A stretch of DNA of 64,000 bases. It comes from Stegostoma tigrinum. Its lineage: Eukaryota. A program made the translations under genes and the position numbers. Every line of letters starts with the position of its first letter. The first letter of the stretch is position 1. The notes beneath the pieces were generated by a model that was not told the origin of the DNA, did no database searches, and worked only from the letters and a program-made list of their open reading frames with translations. The stretch spans positions 51,156,390 through 51,220,389 of the forward strand of contig NC_081371.1 in the NCBI RefSeq assembly GCF_030684315.1, given 5' to 3'. Shown here in pieces: positions 24,590 through 38,600 of the stretch.

Positions 24590-26935
24590 TGAATTGACTG
24601 GTTTGCATAACTTAATGTTACTGCAGTTTTAATGCAGTCTTAAAAGTACTGTGCCTCAGTTTTTGAACTGAAGAGGTTTTATCTTTTTACCTATTGTTAT
24701 CTAGAATTATATGTAATCTTAATGATGTAGTAAAGGTCAGAAAGCTGAATTCTTAAACTTTGAGCAAAACTGCCCAAAATATTTATAGATCAAATAAGAA
24801 ACCAGATATGGTTTGTTTTGTTTTTAACTTAATATGATCAGGTGCTCATTTTATTCCTGGAATTAATTTGGGGTTTCTAGCTAGTTCTCTTTGCTCAAGT
24901 GTTGCAATTACAAGGCTATTCAGCCATCCTGAAATTCCTTCTGTTACTGTTAGCAACAGGTTAGAATATTATCAGTTTTGGTCAAAATAATGGTGGGAGT
25001 TCAACAGAAATCTTGATCACCAATTAAACTGGATTGAAACAGCGCTTTTTAAGATCTTGCTTATTTGAAGTTCTTGTAATATTTGCATTTCTCTGGATGT
25101 GTGCACATCGGGTACTATTAATAGCAGTTTCATTTTCATGTCAGTTCAGGCCACCTTAATCTTGGGTTTATTTGACCAAAGGCGTGCTTTTTTGTTTGAA
25201 AAAAAGAATCATATTAATTATGGGTCCAGGTGTCCATTGGCTTATGCAAATTTAACAATAAAATCAGAGCAGTTTTAATTTGTTATTTTAAGTTTGTTTT
25301 GAAACGTTAGTATTGGGGGCATGTTGCTTCTCCTTTAGAAAATTGAAACTCTTGAGCAAGATGAAATTTTTTTTTCAGACTCAGCCTTTTTCTCGTGTAT
25401 TTAAGGCTGAGAAGGTGCTATAGATTTGCAAAAATAATAAGTGTAACAAATGATGTTTTACATTTGAATGGATGTTCTTTAATACTTTAATTTTTTAACT
25501 CCAAGTTGCTAATTTATTTCATATTTTAGCAATAAATTCTCCATTTGGGTTTTTATTAATATTGCTGAATACACATTATAATTCTTTCATCTTTTGCACA
25601 AATCCATTTTGAATTATTAGGAGTAGACTATAGTTTGTCAAGTTAACAGTAGTGCACAAGAAGAGCCAGAGGATAAGTTCCCTGCTAAATCATTCAATTT
25701 TGTTTTTTCAAAAATTGGAGACTCAGCAACAGTACAGTTGCCTTCAGTTTGAGGTTATAATATTTTTTCAAATATGAACTTATTTTTAAAAATGGCTTTC
25801 AACTGAAAATTGACTGTACATTAAATGGACCATTCTCAATTCTGGCATTTCAAAGCAATTTTCCCTTCAAGCTAAACTTGCACCATTTGGCATGATTCAA
25901 GTTTGAAAGAGAAAGCAACTGAAATTCTTTGCTGTGCCCTTACACTTAAGCACTTAAGTCTAGAACAATATAACTCGACCTGTTTTTAACCCTAATTCTG
26001 TCAAGAGAAATCACAAGTGCAAGGGAATTTAAACCCTGATGATAACTTACAATGCAAGCTGTGTAAGGATTGACAGATTTAACAAGTGGTGATGTGGCCA
26101 GTTAATAGCATCCTTGCACCAAAATGATGAGGGTCTTACTCCAAAATTCGTGGTGTAGTCTTTCAGACTGAGCCACCTTTCTGCTCTGGCCAACTGCTAT
26201 CAGTGCCTCGTACGGGGTTCACTAGGCATAATGGTCAAGAATAAGTAAGAAGACTGAAAAAAGCCAAAATGGTTTCATACAGATTCTACCAGGTGGGCCA
26301 AGGGCAGCAGAGACAGCTTCCCAAAGAAACCTCTGGTGTTGGGCTTGCTTCTAATTACCTCATCAGACACCATCCCCTCTCCCTCCGCTGCTTAGTCATG
26401 ATCCCTGTCTTGCTTGCATTACCCTCTTCCGCTGGTATAAAGTATTACCAAGTTAGACCAGATCTCTGAACAGACTTGGGAATAAAAATATCTCAGGTTT
26501 ACACCTGCCAACCTGACAGTTATTTTTCCTCCCTGTATTAAAATTCAGCTACTGCTTTTGAAGTAAAAGTTCACTTAACTGTGACATTATGTAAATGCCT
26601 TAAATGTTCATTAAGGAAACTATTGTAACTAATCTGCATGACTGTTTTCAACAAAGAATTTGTAATACTGTCTCTAGTGACTTAAAGCTGTTTTACAGGA
26701 AGTTTTAAAGTTACCTGTGTCATATTATCTAGTTTGTAAAATGTGCCTGTGGGAATATATACAAGTAAATGTACTCTGACTTGAAGTGAATGGGCAGCTA
26801 CTGGAAACTTTTAAAAATGTTAACATGATACTGTTTACAACTTGTAAATTTGGTGCTCAATCCTCTTGCAAGAGAGTGATAGTTTTGAAATCTGGTGGAA
26901 AAAAAATAAAAATTACAATGAATTTCTTTTTTTTC
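24590..26935 (+). other. TDG: Probable TDG 3' UTR with several poly(A) signals
   Basis: Largely repeat-free AT-rich sequence; AATAAA at 25257, 25531, 26481 and 26905, the last followed by a T-rich tract before repeats resume. Confidence 0.55.
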
Positions 26936-27029
26936 TGTTTTTAATTTTACACTGGAAATGTTACATGTTCATTGACCTGTGCCAATCTTTGAATGCATCT
27001 GGGCAATGTCTGATCACACAGCGGTACTA

Positions 27030-27355
27030 GCATTCATGATTTGCTGAGCATGTGGGTGTTACTGGCTGGGCCTGCATTTATAACCCATCCCTAGTTGCCA
27101 TGAAGAAGGTGATGTTCAGCTACCTTCTTGAACTGCTATAGTCCATTTGATGTAGATACACCCACAATGCTGTTAGTGAGGTAGTTCAGGGTTTTGAACC
27201 AGCATCACTGAAGGAATTACAATATATTTCCAAGTTGAGACGGTGAGTGGCTTGGAGGGGAACTTGCAGGTGATTGTGTTCCTGTGTAACTGCCGCTGTT
27301 GTCCTTTTAGATTGTGGTGGTCATAAATTTGGAAAGTGATGTCTTAAGAAGCCTG
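27030..27355 (-). mobile_element. LINE 3' end (partner of SINE family 2)
   Basis: ggctgggcctgcatttataacccatccctagttgcc...gggaacttgcaggtgattgtgttcc, same family as 37540. Confidence 0.7.
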
Positions 27356-27854
27356 CCAAACTTTAAGCTAAACAAGATCATTCACATTTTCTGTGCGTGG
27401 TTTGACTTTTATCTGCTGGTTTTTGTACTAAAACTGCTAGCAAAATCAATCAGAACTTTATTTTGCCCCACCAGTGAGATGATTTTGTAATGTTTATTTT
27501 TGATTTCATACATATACATAAGAGAGTAAAAGTAACAATTCTGATCTTTTCACATGAGACCTGTGTAGTTTCTTTGAAGTTTGGAAGTATTAGGGCGTAC
27601 CAAGCTTAATATTAAAAGAGAAAACAGGTTGAAGTAGCATTGGAGGAATATCTTATTCGGTATTATGTACCCAGATGTTCTTTCATTTTGACAGCTTTGA
27701 TACTTTCATACTTAAGCAGTACAATTTGCCATTAACCTATTCCAACAAATCTAAAGGATTCTGTGAAGCTGTGGTTGCATCTTTACTCTCATTTACTGTT
27801 GGATTTAGTATTAAGGTTATGCTGCAACTTTTGGGGTAAGGAAATGTCACTTTA

Positions 27855-28360
27855 AGACCATAAGACGTAGGAGCAGAAATTAGGCCATTTGGCCCATCAA
27901 ATCTGCTCTGCCATTCAATCATGGCTGATAAGTTCCTCAACACCATTCTCCTGCTTTCTCTTTTAACCCTTGGTAATCGAGAACCTATCTATCTCTGTCT
28001 TAAATGTACTCAATGACCTGGCCTCCACAGCCTTCTGTAGATTCGCCACTCTTCGGCTGAAGAAATTTCTTTTTATCTCTGTTCTAAAAGGTCTTCCCTT
28101 TTAGTCTAAGGCTGTGTCCTTGGGTCCTAGTCTCTGTTATGAACAGAAGCATCTTCCTCAACATCCATTCTCTCCAGGCCATTCAGTATTCTGTAAGTTT
28201 CAATTAGATCCCTCCTCATCCTTCTAAACTGTCATGAGTATAGCCCCAGAGTCCTCAAACGTTCTTCATATGTTAAGCTTTTCATTCCTGGGACTATTGC
28301 CATGAACCTCCTCTGAAACTGCTCCAGGGCCAGTACATCCTTCCTGAGATGTGGGCCCCA
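27855..28360 (-). mobile_element. CR1 LINE 3' end
   Basis: gaccataagacgtaggagcagaaattaggcc... same subfamily as 51340-52220 on +. Confidence 0.85.
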
Positions 28361-29517
28361 GGGAGAAAAGCTACTATTGCAATAGTACTTTCAAAACAGG
28401 TTCTTAAGCTTGTTCTGGAATAGAAGATCTATCCTGGCCTTAGACTGCTAGTTTGTTTGTAAATGTGCTAGTAATGCTGCTATACTGAGAACAAGGCTGA
28501 TGGCTTATATTTGCTCATTGGTAGATTTCTTGAATACTGCTTGACTAACTTCTCTTCCCTGAAATGCTTTTGTGAAGTAGTTACCTTTTTCGTGACAGAA
28601 GTAGGGAACAGCTTTAATGGTAATTTCTTCACAAATTATTGTGTTTTAAAATTCTGTTCCACAAGATGCTGTAGTTAATTGCAGAACACTGCATTCCCAC
28701 TTTGCAAATCCGATGCCATAACCACTGCACTACATGAGATCATGAGATCACACTGTTAGGAAGAGGAGGCGACCATTTGGCTTTTCAAGTCTGTCATTCA
28801 GTTAGGCTGAGCTGCCTTTCAAATCCAATTGTCTACTTTTGATAATCTTTAATAACTACAAAAAGTTATCAATACTCAATTTTGAAATTTTCAATAAATT
28901 CCCAGACCTCTCCACAAACTTCTGAAAAACAGAATTCCAGATTTCCACTACTCTTTAAATGAAAAATGCTTCCTGACATCATCCCTGCAAGTTCCTGCTG
29001 TAACAAGAAGGTTATTGCTCTTTGTTCTGGGTGTATGCTATTATAAAAGTTACATTTCTAAATTATAAAAAAACTTAGTGAAAATGAGGCAAGGCAGGAC
29101 CATAGCTCACATTTCGTGTTGTACGTCACTAACCTTACCTAAAGAATAGAGAAGCAAATATGAAGCTGTCTTTGCTGTCATTCAAAAATGTTAAGGTCAT
29201 ATAAAATGTTTCTTCAGCTAAGAGTTCGATTTGGCAAACTGGTTTGTATGAGATCAAAATAATGTACCTCCTGTGAAAGTACTGTTATTGTGCAAAATCT
29301 ACATTTTCTGATGTGAGAACATTTTTGCTAAATAACACTGAATTATTATATGTTTAATCTGATATCTCAATCTTGTTGCAGTAAATTCTGCTATGATTTA
29401 ATTCACAGAAACATGTCAGACGTTTGGATACTGAATAGCTTAAACCACAGCATATTTTTAAATGCATACTTAATTGGACAAAGGAGTGAGATGAAAATTC
29501 TGTATGCGATGGTGCTC

Positions 29518-29690
29518 CTAATTGTTAGGTCGTACCAATCTAAAATGTCCTGTTGGATCAGGAAGATACCACCTTTCCCAAAATTCCACATGAGCCGCAG
29601 GATAATCCCAGGGTTTATATCTTCCATTCCAATGTAGTAGTTTAGCTTCAGAAAGGAAGTGTTCTGAATATCTGGTGTCAGGACTCCAGC
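29518..29690 (-). CDS. GLT8D2: GLT8D2 last coding exon
   Basis: ctgtag|GWSPDTRYSEHFLSEAKLLHWNGRYKPWDYPAAHVEFWERWYLPDPTGHFRLVRPNN*. Confidence 0.95.
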
Positions 29691-32600
29691 CTACAGAAAA
29701 AACAATTTTTTAAAAATGTAGAAATTAGACTCAAGCTACTCTATGGCTGGAAATGTAAAACTGAAAAATGTCTTCCATTTACTAAATCTATTACATGGAA
29801 CACCTCTTGGGATTATACTTTTTTCACACTAGGTATTTTACAATCCTTTGATCACTTTGTTTTAATCAAACTGATCTTTGTTTCTTCTTGAGATTTTTCC
29901 AGCAGGTACATTTTTGCCAAGATTTTATTCTGCTGCGATATGACTGATAATAAATTCATGATAATTGTTCAGTTTATTTTTTGATATGTCTTAAGAGTTT
30001 GTTTCTCTGACATGATTAATTTTTCACCATATTTTCAAAGCTTGTGCTGTAAGTGATTGCCGTATTTCGTATTTATGTATTTGGTCAGTGAAAGTTGAAT
30101 GATTGAAACTCTCTCTGATGAAGGGTCTAGGCCCGAAATGTCAGCTTTTGTGCTCCTGAGATTCTGCTTGGCCTGCTGTGTTCATCCAGCTCCACACTTT
30201 GTTATCTTGGATTCTCCAGCATCTGCAGTTCCCATTATCTCTGAATGATTGAAACACCTGTTTTTAAGATCCGGCTAAGAGTGGATGCAGACTTTGTTTT
30301 GTTTTCTGTCAATTTTAAAAGTGTAAAGTCTACATATGTGTATTTTTAATGTTATCTTTTATCCAGAATTGTAACATGCTTCCCACTTCATATAATGTGT
30401 CCTCCCACTTCAGTTATCAGAGATGTGTGTCATATTTGTTAGCGTTATATGCAGCCAATTTGCAGGGTTCTTTTTTTAAAAAATGTTCTTTATCTACTTT
30501 TCTATTTGCCTTTGATATTTCATACAAGATCAAACTTTCTAAATTGTAAGTTCGTATCACGTGTCCAATAAATTTCAGATTCAAACTACCTCTTCCCGAA
30601 CCAGGTCAGTCGAGTTGTCTTGGTCATGGTTTAGTAAAATTACTTGCCCAAAATGGTTTTAATTCTTGTCTCAGTGCTTCTCTATGTTGCTTTGCTGATT
30701 ACCCTGCACTCATTTGATCAGTAATTGGTGTGATGTAGCTTTCCAGGATTTTCTGCTTTGTTGTCATGGCTAACTTTATGTTGATCATTTCTTTTTCACT
30801 ATTTGAAATGTATCTTTGACATTCCAATCTTTTGACTCATCTTTGTCATATGTTATGTCCAATGTTAACATTATTCCTAGATAACAAAATCTGTCTGATA
30901 TTTTCATTTCAATGCATGTAGTATAATTTCTATTTGGATACTAAGAGACACTTGGTTTTCTTACGATTTAAATTCAGCTCTTTCTCGTCACTTCCATTCA
31001 TTGCTATATCACCAACCCTAACTTTTACTAAGTTGGTTTCTGTAAGGTGTGATCAAGTTCTCACACGAAATCAAGTTCGATCTTGACCCGAAATGTCAAA
31101 CTTTCCTGCTCCTATGATGCTGCTTGCCCTGCTGTGTTCAGCCAGCTTCACACTGTGTTATCTCAGATTCTCCAGCATCAGCAATTCCTACGATCTCTGC
31201 AAGATACAGTGGCCCTGGATCTCACAACTCCTTATACTTCAATATGGCATACTGGCCTGCACTTAAAAATTTCCAGATTGCTTTAACTTGGGTTGGGACA
31301 GTTGTTGAAACACTCCTTCACAACAGAAGATTTAGAGTCCACTTTGGACAATAAGTACATGGAGAAGACTAGCCAATAGACTACATCAAGCTCCCCACCC
31401 TGTTCAAACTTATATACGAATAAGTGTCAACAACCAAGTTCTTCCACATGTTCTACTATGCTAGTAACATTTTAAGCACCATCCTTCTGTACCATATAAC
31501 AGATACTTGACAAATATGTTAGAAAAATGATAGGCAACTGCAGTACATAATGTCTCATATTGATCTCTCCAAATCCATGCCTCACTTTCTTGATTACTTT
31601 TTAACAAGTTGTGCTTTTCAATGTGTTCATCAAGCAGATCACCTAAATTCTTTTAGCACTCTTCCTGAGCCAGAAAATTACAAGTCCCAAATCATCCTAG
31701 TTTCAGTATGTAGTTGAGGCTGACTCTAGAGTTTGGTACTGAGGAAATTCTTTTTTCAAACTATCTGTGGAATAGCTCTCTGTGCCTATTTCGGTGGATC
31801 TAAAAATATCCTGTGGCACAATGTATAAGAAAAGCAGGGAGTTACCCTCGCCAGAACTCAAATCAAAATGAGTTAATTGATGTTTGTAGGATCTCAGTTC
31901 CATGAAAATTGGCCGCTGTTTTAGCTCGCAAAATAACACTCTCTATACCTCCAAGTTAATTCACGAGCTGTGCAGTACTCTGGGATGTGCAGTTGTTGTG
32001 AAAGGTGCTATGTAGCTGGAAGTCTTTTTTTCCCCCAACTATGTCCAATTTTAATTTACTAAAAACCTTTTGCGAATATTTGGCTAGCACAAGGAAATTG
32101 TGTTTTTAAAGCTGTGGGAGAAATCTGGTGAACAACTTCAAACTATTGTATGTTCCTGGCTGTGTCCTCTGCATGTACATTGTAAACAATCTGCCACATA
32201 TCACAAACTACCAGCTAAATGTAATTAGCAGCTGTGTGATCAGTGATCTGATGGCTATTCTTCTAAAGAATCCACTGATTTGTATTCCATTGATTGGTGT
32301 GTTACGAAAGGGGAATGTGCTCCTCCACCAAAGGCAATGTATCAAACTTCAACCCCATTTATCTTAAAAACTGCATGAGTCACAGTATTTTAATTCATTG
32401 CAACTTCAGGCAAATTGTTATGACTTCCAAATTAAGTCCAGTAAGTAAAATCTAATTCAACTGTGTGTAAAATATCGTTTTTTAAACCTCCATTCAAAAC
32501 TTCAGAGAGATAGTGAACAGGGCAAGAATAGGTCTTAAATAAAAACTGAAAGAACTGCTGATGCTGTAAATCAGGAACAAAACCAAAGTTGCTGGTAAAG

Positions 32601-35600
32601 CCCAGGAGGTCTGGCAGCATCTGTGAGGGGGAAAAACAGAGTTAACGTTTCAGGTCCAGTGACCCTTTCTCAGAACTCTGAATATATCTTACCAAGATGT
32701 CGAATATGCCATAAAGGGTTCACTAAGGAGTGTTTGTTGTGAAATACTATTAACATAGGAGGGGTCACTACTCCTTCGGCTAGTGCACTGCTGTACAGAT
32801 TCTCCCTATAAATGAAAAGAAACTCAATGAATGAGAAAAACATACAGACGACATTTTCATATACTGAGATAAACCCATTTCTGGTACTATAATTTCAAAA
32901 ATATACTAGAAAATGTTGCAAACCATATTTGCAAAATATATATTATTTGACACGTAATTAGCAACAAAGATTTTCATCCTAGGACTAAAATCCCCGCAAG
33001 TCTCATCTGTCTCTAATACTGTAACCTCCTCCAGCCCAACACACCTTCATTTCTGGCCTCCTGCACATCCCAATATTCCTGTTTTCCACCACTGATGCCC
33101 ATAACTTCTGCTGCTTTTGCCCGTTAAGCCACAAAATTTCCTCCTTAAACTCTCCGCATTTCTACTCCTGCCTTTAAGATTGACTTTAAAATCTAGCTCC
33201 TTTCCTGTACTAATACCTCCATGTGGGGCCCAGTGTCAAATATTGTCTGGTAAAACCCCTGTAGCATACTGACATATTACACTAGGTTAAAAGGCTGTAG
33301 GAAGTATTGAGAACTTTAGAAGATGTTTACATTTTTTTTAATTTGTTTTTGATTTATTTTTGTTTTCTGATTTTCTTTTCTGAAAGGACATGTTATTCCT
33401 ACCACTGTAAACCAAATTGATTTGAAATATTTCTGATGAAGGGTCTAGGCCCGAAACGTCAGCTTTTGTGCTCCTGAGATGCTGCTTGGCCTGCTGTGTT
33501 CATCTAGCCTCACATTTTATTATCTTGATTTGAAATATTTGCAAGGTTCCCCGAGTTTTCAAAAATTGGGATTTTGAGTTGAAAATGACTGAGCTACATT
33601 GCTGGGTCAAGAATTCTCAATGACATTTCACTATTGCTGCACTGGCACCAAGGTTTCAGTGCAAATACAATGGGTCAAATGGCATCCTGTGCCATATAAT
33701 TCTATGTAAATGGAAAATAAATGGTATCCAATTCTTCAGCTTTCTCTGTCACCTCCAAATACTACTAAGAGTTACCACTGTTTCCATTTTCCATTAAGAT
33801 GGCAGTGGAGTAGGGTTTCTGAGCCCGGGGCTCATCTGCTTTTCTTTTTGTTCCTTTTCTTCTATTTTATTTTACTTCCTACTTGGTGAAGAGATCAGTC
33901 ATGGCAACGGCATCTATGGTGGTGAGTGGGCCTAGCAGTACAGTCTTGTGTCAGTGACATCAGAGGCAGGTCCAGGTTCCTGGTGGTTTCTGCATCATTG
34001 AGGCGGTCATAGCCCTGACTCATGGCTGCTGTGGGTTTGGGTTGCCAACATCTGCCTTCAGTGCAGATTCATGAAAGCAGAGGCAGGTTTGGGCCCATTA
34101 CGAGACCTGACAGAATCAGCAGCTGCTGCGTTGGGCCCGAAGCGGAATCAAGTTTGGGCCAGTGCAGTATCAAGCAGCACTGGTAGCGTCTGCTTTCGTG
34201 AGGTCCAGCAAGGACTCTTGGTGGTGAGGGTGCTGGTGGAGGCAAGGTGGCGGCAAAGAGTTGGTGACTCTTTTTCCAACAGCAGCAAGCTGCAAAGGAA
34301 ACGTTACCCGACCACCAACCCATGGCCTATAATGGAGCAGTTAACTGTAAAGTTGAACACTTTCTTTATTTCTTCATTTCTCTGCCTTTATATTCTGTGG
34401 GTTTGGTTTCTATCTTGTACTTAAAGTTGGCGTTGGACAGTGGCAACACAGTACACATTTTGCCCTATTTTGTAAGCAGATACAAAGACAATAAATAAAT
34501 CAAACTGACTCAACTTTATAGGAAGACAGTGGCAGCGTGGTCGTGTCACTGGCTAGTGAGCCAAAGGTGCAGCTCTGGGGATGTGGGCTCAGTTCCCCCC
34601 ACAACACCCCTATCTGGTCTAGAAATTATGTGACCCTAGACCCGCAATGGTTGGCTCTTAACTGCCCTCTGAAACAGACAAGCAATCTATCCAGTTCAAG
34701 GGGAATTAGGGATGGGCAACAAATGCCAGTTATGCCCACATCCCGGGAATGCAGAAAATAATTAAACTACATGTTTATTCTATTGGCTTACAGCATCTCC
34801 ATGTTATAACAGGGAGATGTGGATAACTGATTGACAGCCCCTAAGTAAACTGTTAGCTTTAGCCTAGGAGACACATATTGCAGAAAGGATAATAAAGAGG
34901 AGAAAACAATCCTTGGCTTTTAGCAAAATTAATTCCTGACAAAAACTTAATAAGTAGCACACAGGAAGATTTCAGTTCTTAACATCAGTCTTTCTGGATG
35001 TCTCAGATTAAATAGTTGTAAGCCAACAGAACTAAATTTTTAAAAAGACTAAAATGAAAATTCTAACGCTTACTTGAGCAGCATAAAGTACCGGATCAGG
35101 AGTAGGCCATTCAGCCCTTCAAGCCTATTTGCCATTCAATGTGACCGTGGTTAATCATCCAACTTAGGATCCTGTTTTTGCTTTCTCCCAATACCCATTG
35201 ATCCCTTTAGCCCCAACAACTATATGTTACTCTTTCTTGCAAAATATTTAATGGTTTGACCCAAATCTCTTTCTGTGGCAGAGAATTCTACAGGCTCAGT
35301 GCTCTCTGGGTAACAAAACTGCTCCTCATTGCAGAATTACACGGCCTTACCTGAACCGTCACACTGTGACCAGTGATTTTGGACTCCCTGATCATCAGGA
35401 ACATCCTGTGTTTACCCTGTCTAGTCCTGTTTGAATTTTATAGTTTCTATGAGGTCACGCCTCATTCTTCTCAACTCCAGTGAATAGAATCCCTACAGTG
35501 TGGAAGCAGGCCAATAGGCCCATCAACTCCACACCAACCCTCTGAAGACCATTTCACACAGGCCCATCCCACCTCTGTAACCCTGCATTTCCCATGGCTA

Positions 35601-38600
35601 ATCCATCTCGCCTGCACATCATGGGCAATTTAGCATAACCAATCCACTTAACCTGCATCTTTAGACTACAGCACCCAGATAAAAAAAACTATGCAAACAC
35701 AGGGAGAATGTGCAAACTCCACACAGACAGTCACCCAAGGCTAGAGTCAAACCCTGGCACTGTGAGGCAGCAGTGCTAACCACTGAGCCACTGTGCCACT
35801 CCCAATCCAGTCTGTCTTCATAGTCACAGAAACTGCAGCAGAAACTTGACATACAGCCAGAAACGTGCTCAAAGATATCCAACAGCCCTGCCACAAAATT
35901 TCAACTGGAGTTTTCACTTTTTTTAAATACAGCAACAAATCCCTGCATGTCGTAAGCAGTGGAAGGAAAATGTTAAGGAACTGAATTGCCTCCAGCTAAG
36001 ATGGCTGTATTATTGAGCTTATAATCAAGGATGCATTACTGAAAGCCGAGCACCTGAAAGGGATCCCAGCTTAGGACTAAGGTTTTTTTCTCGGATTTAA
36101 TTTGAGCTGTAGGCAGGCTATATATTCAAAGCTACTAATATATTTAAAATAATGTATCTGTACTCGCGAATGTCTTACCCTCATCACAGCGCTGTCTCCA
36201 ATTTCTATAATGGGAAATGTCTGTGCAAAACTAGTCATGCTGTAATTACATCCTTTTCCCAAGGGCATAACAATACTACCACTGTTAGGATAGTACATTG
36301 AAGCAGGGCAAGTTTAAATATCAATCTCCATAATGCATGTAGATGTCTGAATTTATTATATGTACACACAGTAGGTGGGAATCTATAATTCTAAAATGGG
36401 AATCAATTATATTTGTATACCATGGTCCAATTAACCCCATAACCTCAAACTGACACAATGCAAATACTTCAGAAAGCAAGGCTGTAACTCGACTGATATT
36501 GGTGGACCTATTAACGGTTCACTGGCCCATCAACCCATTGTTGTGTGCTAAGGTATAAATACACAAGGAAAGAACAGGGCTTACTCTACATTGGCTACCA
36601 GCCATTTTTCCAACTGCTTAGTTATCCGTTGTCGTTTCCATTCTGTAACATTTGCAACAAACACACCAACATTAAAGGAACACGTCGTGGGATTTATCCC
36701 TAGACCTCTGACAGTTGGCTTCCGGTAATCCAAATGTCCCATAAATGTGGTCTGGAAAGATAAAGAGCCAAAGTTATAATTGTAGTGACTGAAAGATAAT
36801 GCCATCTAAAGGAATCTGTTCTGTGATATAAAGGTACACTTTCAATATAGATTCATGCTTTATTGTTACTGATGCCAGTTTAGGTCACCTGCATTCCCAT
36901 AGTCCGGACCATCTCATGAGTTGAGGTCAGATCACAGTCTGTTGAGAAGGCAGCAGCATGGCCAGGCTTCAGCACAGTGTCGTACAAGTCCTGGATATCA
37001 CCTGCAGTTAAAATCAGTCCAAATTCAAATAACAAGGTATAGCTACACAGAGTCAGCCAGCAGTTTAGCCAAAACATGTCTGTCAATTACTGTAATATTA
37101 AAAAAAACACGCAAGCGGGTGATCAGGCCTGATCAGATTACATAGCGAGAGCAGGCTTGATGGGCTGAATAGCCTACTCCTGCTCCTATGTTCCTTTAAG
37201 AGCTGGGCAAATGGAAGGTGGAAGAATTGGAGAAACCAAATAATTGATATGTATACAGAAATTGTAGTGCACCAAAATCTACAAACATCATCAGCATTTC
37301 AGAATCCATTAAACTAGAATGGAAATAAATCAACTTTAATCCTGAGGGACAGCCTCAGTGAGAAGGGATACAAGCATGTCTCCTGAGTTTCAAATGGGAA
37401 GATCTTCAGCTACGATTTCAAAAGTGTAAGATTAGCAAATTAATTAATAACACCATCTTCTAGCACTGCATATAGACTGGTCTCACATTTTATAATTTCT
37501 TCTGGGAATGAGTTCATCTATTCTCCTGGGAGATTTTTTAAAAAATTCATTCATGGCATCACTAGCTGGGCCATTCTGAATTGCCCTTAAGAAGGTGGTG
37601 CTGGTGACTTTCCTTTGTGAACTGCTGCAGACCACCGGCTGTGCTGTTAGGGAGGGAATTGCCAGGGTTTCGACCCAGCAACAGTGAAAGAACAGCAATA
37701 TGTTTTCCAAGTCAGGGTGGTGAGTGACTTGGAGGCAAACTTGCAAATGCTGGTATTCCCACGAATCTACTTCCCTTTTATTCTAGATGGAAGTTGTGGG
37801 TTTGGAAGGAGCTGCCTAAGGAACCTTGGTGAAATTCTGCAGTGCATCGTGTAGATGGTACACACTGCTGCTACTGAGCTTCGATGGTGGAGAGAGTGAA
37901 CAGTTTGTGGGTGTGTTGCCATTCTAGTAGGTGACTTTGTCCTGGATGATGTCAATATTCTTGTGTTTTGTTGGAGTTGCACCCATCCAGACAAGTGGGG
38001 AGAACTCCATTATACTCCTGAGTTGTGTCTCATAGATGGTGGGCAAGCTTTGGGGAATCAGGTGGTGAGTTATTTGCTGTTGGATTCCTGGCTCCTATAG
38101 CTACTGTATGTATATGGCTAGTCTAATTGGCCAATAGTAACCCCCAGGATGTTGATAGTGGCAGATTCAGTGATGGTAATATCATTGAATGCAAGAGACG
38201 ATGGTTTGAATCTCTCTTGTTGGAGCAGTCATTGCCTGGCATTTGTAATTTGCCCCTTGTCAGCCCAAGCCTGGATATTGTCCAGGCCTTCCTACATTTG
38301 GACCTGGTTCAGTATCTGAAGAGTCATAACTGGTGCTAACCATAGCAGTATCATCGACGAATGTTCCCACGTCTGGCCTTGTGATGGAGGGAAGGTCATT
38401 GATGAGGCAGCTGAAGATGGTTTGGCCTAAGACACTCCCCTGAGGAATTCCTGCAGCATTGTTTTGGAGCAGAAATGATATGCTTGATGTGAAGGGCTGT
38501 CACTCTCACCTCACTTAACCTCTGAAATTCAGTTCTTTTGTCCATGTTTGGACCAAAGCTGGAATGAGGTCAGGAGCTGAGTGGCCCTGGCAGAACACAA

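Noticed and set aside
28660-28735. tRNA- or snRNA-like stretch on - strand (GTAGTGCAGTGGTTATGGCATC...)
   Set aside because: A-box-like start only; no proper T-loop or cloverleaf and no match to a snRNA I recognise; at most a decayed SINE head
34071-34424. 117-aa ORF
   Set aside because: Lies in a repeat-like block antisense within a GLT8D2 intron; no recognisable domain or splice structure
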